46,660 bases of DNA, from IMG/VR virus record IMGVR_UViG_3300045938_000011, positions 1 to 46,660 of that record; one strand, 5' to 3'. Position 1 is the first letter of the stretch. Every line of letters begins with the position of its first letter. Positions 8,767 through 15,873 of this stretch are shown here, in pieces. A program made the position numbers and the translations under genes. A model generated the notes under the pieces. It saw only the letters and a program-made list of their open reading frames with translations. It made no database searches and was not told the DNA's origin. This stretch comes from a virus.

Positions 8767-8842
8767 AGGGCAGCCCGATCGGCGGGGGTGTACGGAAAGC
8801 GCGCCGTGCATTTGGCGGGTTCGATCCCCGCCAGCCCTGCCA
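8767..8842 (+). ncRNA. Degenerate tRNA-like element (perfect T arm, acceptor and CCA; non-canonical D and anticodon arms)
   Basis: 76 nt. Acceptor AGGGCAG/CAGCCCT pairs at 6 of 7 positions. T arm is GCGGG-TTCGATC-CCCGC, followed by G-CCA. Internal hairpins are CCCG-ATCGG-CGGG and GTACGG-AAAGCGCG-CCGTGC, the latter with an 8-nt loop. Confidence 0.45.
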
Positions 8843-8865
8843 ACTATCACCAACCCCCGTTGTCG

Positions 8866-9399
8866 CTAACCGAACAGCCATCCACTAGCAGCAACGACCA
8901 CCGCCAGCCCGACCAGCGCCGTCGCCACCCCGGCCCAGAACTGGTGGCTTGCGAGGATGGGGCGGCGGCGGCGCGGATGTGGCATTGCGTCACGCTCTTC
9001 CATCCATGCGATCAACTCAGCCGAAGGCTTGTATTCGTTGCCCCATTGACGTCGAGAGAGGTCATGGGACACGGCCTTGCCAATCCGGCAGCGAAGCGAA
9101 CCGCCGTCATCTTCAACGTCCCACAGCCTCCATTCGCCGTTCACGTCATCAACGTCGCGACTCCAATAAATGCCGGGCTTGGTAGGGACCGACCGGACAA
9201 TCGCTTGTGGATTGTCGATTGCCACAATGAACTCTCGGCGAAGTTCTGCCAAACGTGCGATAGCATCCGATTTTTCGGAATACTGCTCGTCGGTTATCAT
9301 ATTGTTCCAGAATACGCTGTATGTGCCGTTAGCGCCCTTGTGCAGACCGCTCGTAGCAATGATCGCGTTTGCTAAACCTGCAGGATCGGGGGTGGTCAT
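8866..9399 (-). CDS. C-terminally membrane-anchored protein, unknown function
   Basis: Track ORF of 177 aa with the C-terminal TM FWAGVATALVGLAVVVAASGWLF. Third-position GC is visibly lower than in neighbouring genes. It is the last gene of the accessory operon. Confidence 0.7.
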   Translation of the reverse strand: MTTPDPAGLANAIIATSGLHKGANGTYSVFWNNMITDEQYSEKSDAIARLAELRREFIVAIDNPQAIVRSVPTKPGIYWSRDVDDVNGEWRLWDVEDDGGSLRCRIGKAVSHDLSRRQWGNEYKPSAELIAWMEERDAMPHPRRRRPILASHQFWAGVATALVGLAVVVAASGWLFG

Positions 9400-9560
9400 G
9401 GGTTGGCATCCTTATCCTCAGCGATCCATAGCCACGCCATCATGAGAATGAAGACGGCACAGGCGCCCCAATATGCCTGAGAACCGATGAGCATGCCAAA
9501 GCATATCCCGCCGCCGAACACGCCACGCGGATAGCGATCATAGTGCGTCTTGATCCTCAT
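9396..9560 (-). CDS. 54-aa membrane micro-protein
   Basis: Below the track cutoff, with ATGA overlaps at both ends. Sequence is MRIKTHYDRYPRGVFGGGICFGMLIGSQAYWGACAVFILMMAWLWIAEDKDANP. Confidence 0.5.
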   Translation of the reverse strand: MRIKTHYDRYPRGVFGGGICFGMLIGSQAYWGACAVFILMMAWLWIAEDKDANP

Positions 9561-10249
9561 ACCCCCTCAACCTTCGCGGGCTGGGATTTCAGGGCGAGGA
9601 TGGCGTCGGCGACGAGATTGATTTGCAGGGTAAGTCCGGCGATGTGTTCGGCGAGGATGGCCGCGATCTTCGCGCGCTCCTGCACAATATCCCGCTCCCC
9701 CACCGCTGCGCGCGGGCGGGCGAGGGCTGCTGCAAGGTGAGCGGACAGCCAGCGAATACGCTCCTTGGCGGCTGTCTGCCAGACGATGAGGTCGAGGTCG
9801 TCTCGTCCGGCCAGATAGACGGCGTTCGCAAGAGCCATGTCGGACAGGTCGCCTTTGCACAGCGTCGATCGGCCAAGGCGCGTACATGCACGGGCTATTG
9901 CCGCGCCGTCCCCGCCATCCCAATGCCCCGGAAGACTATCAGGCAACTCCCCATCCCCGGCAGGCGCGGAGGCGAACTCGTGACGATCGGGCACAGGTTC
10001 GGCAGGCGCGGAGGCGAGGGCGGCAAGGCGATACGAGGCGTGGGCCTGTTCGCTGACCATGCGGGCAGCGTTCCGGTAAGCCTTCGCCTCGGCACGCAAT
10101 TTTGGCACCGCACAGACATTGCCGGATTGAGCGTACAGCGAGCCTTGCTGGTCGCATTCGTCAGCGCACGCGATCAGGTATTCCTTGATAGCCTCCCGCT
10201 CCACCGTCACCGGCGCGTCGTTCGTGGGGGTCATGCGGGGGTCGGTCAT
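9557..10249 (-). CDS. Hypothetical protein, 230 aa
   Basis: Internal ATG of track ORF 9557..10492, chosen because it forms an ATGA overlap with the upstream gene's stop at 10246. Confidence 0.6.
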   Translation of the reverse strand: MTDPRMTPTNDAPVTVEREAIKEYLIACADECDQQGSLYAQSGNVCAVPKLRAEAKAYRNAARMVSEQAHASYRLAALASAPAEPVPDRHEFASAPAGDGELPDSLPGHWDGGDGAAIARACTRLGRSTLCKGDLSDMALANAVYLAGRDDLDLIVWQTAAKERIRWLSAHLAAALARPRAAVGERDIVQERAKIAAILAEHIAGLTLQINLVADAILALKSQPAKVEGV

Positions 10250-10479
10250 CGCTTGCACCTTTCGACAATGAGAATGCGGGTGCGCTGGACCAGATCGGCA
10301 GCCTGCACCGCGTGGGGGTCGTGACGCGCCATCAGCACGCACCAAGATTGCAGCCGTGACAGCTCGTCCAGCAGCTTGCTCGCTTCGTCGTCGGTGGATC
10401 GTGGCGGCAGGACTTCGCTGCTCGGTCGCAGTCGGGCTGCATCCATTCTCGACAGCATCGCATCGCGCGCGTCCGTCAT
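10246..10479 (-). CDS. Hypothetical protein, 77 aa
   Basis: Start at MTDARDAML, preceded by GGAGAA, in the frame of track ORF 10246..10566. Confidence 0.55.
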   Translation of the reverse strand: MTDARDAMLSRMDAARLRPSSEVLPPRSTDDEASKLLDELSRLQSWCVLMARHDPHAVQAADLVQRTRILIVERCKR

Positions 10480-10481
10480 GC

Positions 10482-10742
10482 TCACTTCGCATTCTCCTGT
10501 TTCAGGTGCTGGGCGACGCGGAGGCCGAGGTCGGACAGGACCGTGTCGCGGCGAGACGAGCGCCAAGAAAAATCAGGCACGGCCAGATAGACCAGCCCCA
10601 TCGCGTGCAGCTTGTCACGCACCCGTCCAGCATTGGGCACATGCCAGCGACCAGGGCGGCGTTCTTCTGCCCTAAAGATCGCCTCGCGCTGCGGTTTCGT
10701 AAGGCGGCGCGCAATTGCCGCGACCTCTGCGTCAGTCTGCAT
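10482..10742 (-). CDS. Hypothetical protein, 86 aa
   Basis: Track ORF, in operon register with its neighbours. Confidence 0.6.
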   Translation of the reverse strand: MQTDAEVAAIARRLTKPQREAIFRAEERRPGRWHVPNAGRVRDKLHAMGLVYLAVPDFSWRSSRRDTVLSDLGLRVAQHLKQENAK

Positions 10743-11217
10743 GGGGGTGGTCCTTTGGTGCAGGGAGCATGGGCAGCATCGAAGGCATGGCGCTGATGCG
10801 ATAGGCCTCAGCTACCTGCGGCCGCATCCAGTCCCCGGCGGTCTGTCCATCGGGTAAGACGATGTTCGCTAGGAACTCATCGTCAAAGATGCTGATGCCG
10901 CTGTCGACCGCTTCCAGTTTGGCCTTGATGACCAAGGCGAGGGCGCGCCAGCGTTGGCGGACCGCCTGATCCCATTCCTTGGTCGCGGCGTCTGGTGTCC
11001 GAGCGCCCCGGCTATGATGCGTGAAGCGCTGCTCGTCGCGACGCGGCATTGGCAGGACAAAGCGGATATGCCGGCCGCCCAATCGAAAGCCGATCGTCGC
11101 GGCGTCGTCGTTCCAGCCATAAAGGAACTGATCGGCGCCGTAGCGGATCAGGGTGCGCTCGATCTCGTCACGCGACGCATTGGCGCTGACGCTAGTGGAT
11201 GCTGCGTACTTGCTCAC
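10732..11217 (-). CDS. Hypothetical phage protein, 161 aa
   Basis: Track ORF with a GTG start forming a GTGA overlap with the upstream stop. RQRWRALALVIKAKLEAV is reminiscent of a widespread uncharacterised prophage family. Confidence 0.65.
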   Translation of the reverse strand: MSKYAASTSVSANASRDEIERTLIRYGADQFLYGWNDDAATIGFRLGGRHIRFVLPMPRRDEQRFTHHSRGARTPDAATKEWDQAVRQRWRALALVIKAKLEAVDSGISIFDDEFLANIVLPDGQTAGDWMRPQVAEAYRISAMPSMLPMLPAPKDHPHAD

Positions 11218-11564
11218 CCCCGTTCTCCGAGGGCTTGGAGGGCGGCGCGGGCGTGGTCCTCGTAGAGGTGCCAGTGCCGCTCCACGTAGCCACGTCGATT
11301 GAAGCGGTGCAGGTTCACCGGGATTTGCTGAGTACAGATCGCGCGGGCTACCAGTTCCACCCGCACCACGTCCGCATCGCGGCCTTCGATTGGCGGGGTG
11401 GGGGTGGGCAGCGCCAAGATCGCATCGGCAGCGCGATAATCGACATCGGCAGTCGGATAGTCACCGGGCACACCGAGGCCGGGATACAGCGAACCGCCAT
11501 ACGCACGGGCCACGATCTGCGCGATTTCCTCGCGACGTTCGCCCGCAGGCACGCCCCCGCTCAT
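11214..11564 (-). CDS. Hypothetical protein, 116 aa
   Basis: Internal ATG (MSGGVPAGERREE) of track ORF 11214..11720, with an ATGA overlap to the upstream stop. Confidence 0.55.
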   Translation of the reverse strand: MSGGVPAGERREEIAQIVARAYGGSLYPGLGVPGDYPTADVDYRAADAILALPTPTPPIEGRDADVVRVELVARAICTQQIPVNLHRFNRRGYVERHWHLYEDHARAALQALGERG

Positions 11565-11758
11565 GCCGAGGGGCCTGATAGGCGGTAGGCGATGATGTCG
11601 CGATCGTCGCCACGATGCTCCCATACGACGGGGCGCATGTTGCCGTGCCAAGCCTTCATTCGCAGCACGTCGCCGTTGCGGTGCTTGCGTTCGAAGTGGA
11701 GGCCCGATGCTACCGGACACGATCCACCATCATGCTCAATCCACGCATTCTCGCTCAT
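11561..11758 (-). CDS. Hypothetical protein, 65 aa
   Basis: Track ORF with 4-nt overlaps on both sides. Confidence 0.55.
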   Translation of the reverse strand: MSENAWIEHDGGSCPVASGLHFERKHRNGDVLRMKAWHGNMRPVVWEHRGDDRDIIAYRLSGPSA

Positions 11759-12423
11759 GCTGCGGCTCCTTCGGTGAGGGGGGTGGGGGAGGCTGTCCGC
11801 GCGATCGAAATGAGAAGGTCGCGGAAGGCTGGCGGGGTGCCGATCCGGGGCGCGCTGTCCGTGCCGCCACCACGGGCGCCTACCTCACCAAGCCGTTTTG
11901 CGCGCGCGAGACCCATTCGCTTGATCACGGCCGGATCAAGCCGCGGTTCGCCCTTGCCCCAGTCAAGCTCGGGACGGTCGCAATCTACGACGTAGAGAAG
12001 CGTTGGCTTACGAGCATAGTGACCGTAGCGGCCTTGCTCGATGCAGCACGTCCAGCCATACCGGCCGCCACCGAGATAGTCGGCAGCCTTCCACCCTCCG
12101 AAGCGCGACGGGACGTTCAGCCCGAAGTGTGGCCAGGCATGGCTGCCCCACGGATGCTCAATGACACCGCCATACTGCCGAACAGCGGCCAGCGCTGCTG
12201 CGAAGCATCCTTCGTCATCGCCTTTGACTTTGCGGATGCCGGTACGCTTGATGAACAGCGGCTGCCCAGCCCACAGCTTGCCCCACCGCTGGCAGGGAGG
12301 ATGCGCTACGACCGGATGCGGTCCGGCATAGCGTCGCGCGTCCCGCGCTTCGTCCCACGGATCTACGCCCGGCAGGCCGAAGTAGCATCCGTCCGTTTCC
12401 ACATATAGCGCCGCGACCGTCAC
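11755..12423 (-). CDS. Cytosine-C5-methyltransferase-like protein (PPCQ motif) with no recognisable SAM-binding motif I
   Basis: 222 aa with a GTG start 6 nt after GGAGG. VVAHPPCQRWG resembles motif IV. GDDEGCF..QYGGVIEHPWGS lies where the motif V/VI (ENV) block would be. No FxGxG is seen. Confidence 0.5.
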   Translation of the reverse strand: MTVAALYVETDGCYFGLPGVDPWDEARDARRYAGPHPVVAHPPCQRWGKLWAGQPLFIKRTGIRKVKGDDEGCFAAALAAVRQYGGVIEHPWGSHAWPHFGLNVPSRFGGWKAADYLGGGRYGWTCCIEQGRYGHYARKPTLLYVVDCDRPELDWGKGEPRLDPAVIKRMGLARAKRLGEVGARGGGTDSAPRIGTPPAFRDLLISIARTASPTPLTEGAAA

Positions 12424-12441
12424 GCCTTGCCTCCGTAAAGT

Positions 12442-12496
12442 GTGCCGTTTATATAAACGGTGCCGTTTACATACGCAACAGAAAAGGGTGCCGTTT
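12442..12496. promoter_or_regulatory. Divergent control region with three direct GTGCCGTTT repeats and the palindrome CCGTTTATATAAACGG
   Basis: Repeat copies lie at 12442-12450, 12460-12468 and 12488-12496. The perfect 16-bp palindrome is at 12445-12460. A fourth TGCCGTTT copy lies at 12754-12761. Confidence 0.6.
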
Positions 12497-12510
12497 TCTT
12501 GCCAGACGCG

Positions 12511-12702
12511 ATGATGCCCGCTACGGCGCGCCCGATGGGACGACCGCCACTGAACCTAACCCGCGTGCCGGTGAGGCTATCGCCGGAAGCGCTGGAGCGT
12601 ATCGATGCGTTGGTCGGGATGTACGGCCGCGCGGCGTTCGTGCGGGAAGCGGTGGAACGGGAGCTTGAGCGCCGCGAGAAGGGCGACGACTCAGCTGTTT
12701 GA
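12511..12702 (+). CDS. Ribbon-helix-helix (CopG/Arc-type) DNA-binding protein
   Basis: MGRPPLNLTRVPVRLSPEALERIDALVGMYGRAAFVREAVERELERRE fits a beta-strand/helix/helix pattern. The start is uncertain (12460 GTG, 12511 ATG or 12535 ATG). Confidence 0.7.
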   Translation: MMPATARPMGRPPLNLTRVPVRLSPEALERIDALVGMYGRAAFVREAVERELERREKGDDSAV

Positions 12703-12824
12703 CTAACCGCCCCAAAGGCGGCTTGTCTAACCGCTACGCGACTCGCGCGTTTCTGCCGTTTCTGGAGGGGGATGGTGGCCTCGGAGGGACTGCAATTATC
12801 GTTTAGAATCAACGTCATATTTGC

Positions 12825-13943
12825 CTACCCCTGAGTCTTTCCGTCGTTTTCGCCCTGAGATGCAGATGGCGATTGGCTAACCGGATTCCCGGTCGAATAG
12901 CGGTCAACGATCAGCTCCATTGCGTCGTCGGCCAGCCCCTCTTGAGCAGCGGCGGCGGTGTACAGCGCGACCTCTGCGTCACCCTTCCAGCCACCGACAG
13001 CCTTAATGCCTGCCTGCGTCGCCTTGCTCTGCGCCGCGCGTCTGGCAATGGCCTTCCGCAGTCCGTGCAGGCCGCAATGGGGGAGGCCAGCCTCATTCGC
13101 CCATTCGCGGAAGCGGTTGCCGAAACCGTCCTTGCTGAACGGTTTGCCGTAGGCGGTCACAAGAAAGCTGTTGAGGCCGACCGATGGCATCGCATCGATA
13201 GCGCGCTTGAGGTCCGGCGCGATCGGCAACCAAAGGTCGGCCGCGTTCTTCGACGCCTGATAGTTGATCTTGCCGCGCTGGATATGGCGGGGGCCGAACA
13301 GCCGCGCGTCGCCACGACGCTGCGCTGTCCACAGCACGATCTCCAACGCGAGGCGCGCCGACGTGCCAAGCGGGTGCTTCGCCTGGTACTGCGCAATCTC
13401 AGCCTCGGTCCACGTGTGGAATCCGGTCAGCTTCCGCTTGCCCACGGTGTCGGCTTCCTCGACCGGGTTCTTGCCGATCCATTTCAGCTTCACGGCATAG
13501 GCGAACAGGCGTCGCAGCTGCTTGCGCAGGTTGTGCGCCGCGACCTGCCCGCCGACCGTGCGGCCCTTGGCGTTGACGGTCTTGTGCGTGCGTTGAATCA
13601 GAATACCTTCGATATGCTCAAAGCTGAAATCGCTGACCAAATCGTCCCCAAAGTCAGCGCGGAAGCTCTCGATCAGCCCCCGGCGTCGCGCTTTGTCGTT
13701 CGCACCGCCTTTCGCCATGAAGTCGGCACTGGCATAGTAGCGGGTGCATAGATCGCTGACCGACCCCGGCTTTGTCCGGTTCTCAATCGCCTTGCTGGTC
13801 AGCGCCTTGTATTCAGCGTCGAACCCCGGCGTGTCGGGAAGGTGCTTCATGTAGGCGGCCGGATAGCCCGCCTTCCGAAAGCGAGCGCGCAGCTTCCCAT
13901 GCCTGTCGGGGCTGACCGTCACATTCGGATAGCGGGTCTTCAT
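12825..13943 (-). CDS. int: Tyrosine recombinase / phage integrase
   Basis: 372 aa. The catalytic region carries AQRRGDA, HGLRK and a C-terminal LYT, consistent with the R-H-R-Y signature. Confidence 0.9.
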   Translation of the reverse strand: MKTRYPNVTVSPDRHGKLRARFRKAGYPAAYMKHLPDTPGFDAEYKALTSKAIENRTKPGSVSDLCTRYYASADFMAKGGANDKARRRGLIESFRADFGDDLVSDFSFEHIEGILIQRTHKTVNAKGRTVGGQVAAHNLRKQLRRLFAYAVKLKWIGKNPVEEADTVGKRKLTGFHTWTEAEIAQYQAKHPLGTSARLALEIVLWTAQRRGDARLFGPRHIQRGKINYQASKNAADLWLPIAPDLKRAIDAMPSVGLNSFLVTAYGKPFSKDGFGNRFREWANEAGLPHCGLHGLRKAIARRAAQSKATQAGIKAVGGWKGDAEVALYTAAAAQEGLADDAMELIVDRYSTGNPVSQSPSASQGENDGKTQG

Positions 13944-14131
13944 CGGGGGCCAAAAATCTTCCGGTCTAGCGGGTTCTCGCGGCTGCGATCTTCCATCGGC
14001 TCGTTACCGCAGTCCATCACGATATTGCCGAGCGGGTCGATGCTGATCCGCACCCGAGTGAACGCAGCCTTCTTGGCGCCTTTCAAAGCCCGCGCCACGT
14101 CATTCTCCGTGAACCGTGCTACAGCCCCCAT
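13940..14131 (-). CDS. 63-aa protein translationally coupled to int (excisionase candidate by position only)
   Basis: Internal ATG (MGAVARFTENDVARALKGAKKA) of track ORF 13940..14203. It has an ATGA overlap with the int start and a 1-nt stop/start overlap (TCA/CAT at 14129-14133) with the upstream gene. Confidence 0.5.
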   Translation of the reverse strand: MGAVARFTENDVARALKGAKKAAFTRVRISIDPLGNIVMDCGNEPMEDRSRENPLDRKIFGPR

Positions 14132-14517
14132 CACCCCACCTCCCGCTGCACGATAGGCGCGTGGTCCCGGTTCGCGAGGTCCAGCAGCACGTCGGCGTGG
14201 CACCAGTCACCCAGGCGGCACCAGCAAGCGAGGTTCTTGCCGCGTAGAGCTTCAATACGCTGGCTCCAACGCGTGTCGGTCAAGACCAATCGCTTGAAGG
14301 CAGCGACTGCCTGCGGAGCGTTCAGGTACATCCCGTTTTCGTCCGGCATCCCGAGTTTGTAGGGGTTCCCGAATGGCCCCGGCCGGGCGACTGACACCGT
14401 ATTCTCCGGCATCCGCCAGCCCTTCTTGCGCGATAGCTGGACACGATGTGGTCGGCTCTCCCGCGCCTCCATCACATTCGCCGCCGCTTGGCCTTGCATG
14501 TCGGTGGTGGTGGTCAT
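14131..14517 (-). CDS. DUF4326-like protein
   Basis: 128 aa. RGKNLACWCRLGDWCHADVLL matches the conserved Cys/His block of that family as I recall it. Confidence 0.6.
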   Translation of the reverse strand: MTTTTDMQGQAAANVMEARESRPHRVQLSRKKGWRMPENTVSVARPGPFGNPYKLGMPDENGMYLNAPQAVAAFKRLVLTDTRWSQRIEALRGKNLACWCRLGDWCHADVLLDLANRDHAPIVQREVG

Positions 14518-14783
14518 GGGCGGGCACTCCGAATAGCCGCAGCAGCCGCACAGACGCGATGATTGCCGGCGCTGGTGGTGCGATGGACGCAGTAGAAATC
14601 GACCTGATCGTCGGCTACGTCCTCGCGCAGCATGGCTAAGGCTTCCTCACCGAGCTGTTGCGGATCGTCACCCCGGAAGGCGCACACGCCACAGCATTTC
14701 GCCCATGGCTTGCTACCTAGCGCGGGCCGCACGATGTCGCACGGATCGAGATAAGTGGCGCGGATCGCATCTACCTCACCCAC
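14514..14783 (-). CDS. Cys-rich hypothetical protein, 89 aa
   Basis: Track ORF with 4-nt overlaps. Confidence 0.55.
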   Translation of the reverse strand: MGEVDAIRATYLDPCDIVRPALGSKPWAKCCGVCAFRGDDPQQLGEEALAMLREDVADDQVDFYCVHRTTSAGNHRVCAAAAAIRSARP

Positions 14784-15066
14784 GCCCCACCTCCCCCGTC
14801 GCCGGCAAGGCGCGGATCAGTTCCGCAATCTCGTCGCCGTGCTGATGGCAGTAGTCGCGCTCCCGGCCCGACATGTAGCCCATAGCTACGTGGTTATCCG
14901 CCACCCCCGCCGCCCGCTCGCGCATGGCTGCGGCTTCTGCGTCGGCGAACTGAAGCATGGCGGCAAGCACGTCGTCTTGCTGCACTTGGATATAGCCCTG
15001 CATCCACGGCAACGGCACTCCGCAATGATCTGCCAGCGCCTCCCGCGCCCTTTCCTCCCGCGTCAT
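14776..15066 (-). CDS. Hypothetical protein, 96 aa
   Basis: Start at MTREERAREAL, with an ATGA overlap to the upstream stop at 15063. Confidence 0.55.
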   Translation of the reverse strand: MTREERAREALADHCGVPLPWMQGYIQVQQDDVLAAMLQFADAEAAAMRERAAGVADNHVAMGYMSGRERDYCHQHGDEIAELIRALPATGEVGRG

Positions 15067-15467
15067 GCCAATGCCTCCGCTTGGGCGCGCAAACACGCTG
15101 CCGTAAGGGCTAGGGCGGCAATAGGTGCGACCGCATCCTGAAACACGGCATCGTGCGCCTCAATGCGCGCATACCATTCGCCGTAGCCGTCGCACTGATT
15201 GATCGCGCCGACGAAGCGACCTTCCGGCACCAGCGTCATCGCGGCGTCGAGCGAGGCGGTGTAAAGAGGCGATGCGAACGACGGCCCATTCTTCTCCAGA
15301 TGGACGCGGCCATTCGCGGTTGCGATCCACTCGGGATATTTGAGCGCCCATGGATGCTCCGTGCCGATGCGAAGGCAGGCGGCTATCTCCGTATCCATAC
15401 CCCGATCCGGCCCCGTCAGCTTCTCGACAGCATCAGCCAGCGCCAGCAGCTTGCTCCGATCGGTCAT
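15063..15467 (-). CDS. Hypothetical protein, 134 aa
   Basis: Start at MTDRSKLLALADAVE, with an ATGA overlap to the upstream micro-ORF. Confidence 0.6.
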   Translation of the reverse strand: MTDRSKLLALADAVEKLTGPDRGMDTEIAACLRIGTEHPWALKYPEWIATANGRVHLEKNGPSFASPLYTASLDAAMTLVPEGRFVGAINQCDGYGEWYARIEAHDAVFQDAVAPIAALALTAACLRAQAEALA

Positions 15468-15601
15468 AGGAAGCGTACCTCCGATTTGCCGCAGACCACA
15501 CATTCGCGGATCTGGAGGGCGTTATTCTCGCTGTCGGCGGATCGCTGCCACTTCGACCAGCGGTGGAACGTGTGCCACCACGGCACGAGTTGCTCGGTCA
15601 T
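15464..15601 (-). CDS. 45-aa micro-protein (MTEQLVPWWHTFHRWSKWQRSADSENNALQIRECVVCGKSEVRFL)
   Basis: Below the track cutoff. It exactly fills the gap between two genes, with ATGA overlaps at both ends. Confidence 0.5.
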   Translation of the reverse strand: MTEQLVPWWHTFHRWSKWQRSADSENNALQIRECVVCGKSEVRFL

Positions 15602-15873
15602 GCCGTCGTCTCCGGGGGTGTGGGGAGGGCAGTGGGGTCAATGGTCTGCGTCCAGAAGCGACCCAGCCCAGTATCGACCCAGCGAACCATGCGCCCACGC
15701 TCACCGCGAACGGTCGATGTCTTGAGCATCGCGAACAGGCTGTCCCGTTCGCTGATGGCCTCGGACAACGCCGCGCCCACAGTCCGCTTGTCCGTGTTCG
15801 CCTGATCGCGCTCACCCCGGACCTTCGCCATCTCCGCATCATGGGTGCGGACCCGCATGAGGCCGAACATCAT
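15598..15873 (-). CDS. Hypothetical protein, 91 aa
   Basis: Start at MMFGLMRVRT, with an ATGA overlap to the upstream stop at 15870. Confidence 0.5.
   Translation of the reverse strand: MMFGLMRVRTHDAEMAKVRGERDQANTDKRTVGAALSEAISERDSLFAMLKTSTVRGERGRMVRWVDTGLGRFWTQTIDPTALPTPPETTA

Noticed and set aside
8460-8842. tmRNA (ssrA), because of the T arm plus CCA at 8815-8842
   Set aside because: The acceptor has no G3:U70 pair and the discriminator is G rather than A. No 5' GGGG acceptor partner at tmRNA distance was seen, nor a tag reading frame or resume codon. For a permuted two-piece gene, the downstream sequence is occupied by an antisense CDS.
8695-9375. 226-aa plus-strand ORF
   Set aside because: It is antisense to the better-supported 8866..9399 gene, begins inside the tRNA-like/spacer region, and has poor codon bias and no SD.
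12420-12818. 132-aa minus-strand ORF downstream of int
   Set aside because: It is antisense to the RHH gene, whose product has a clear fold signature. Its own translation is Ser/Arg/Ala-rich and low in complexity, and it spans the repeat-rich non-coding spacers.
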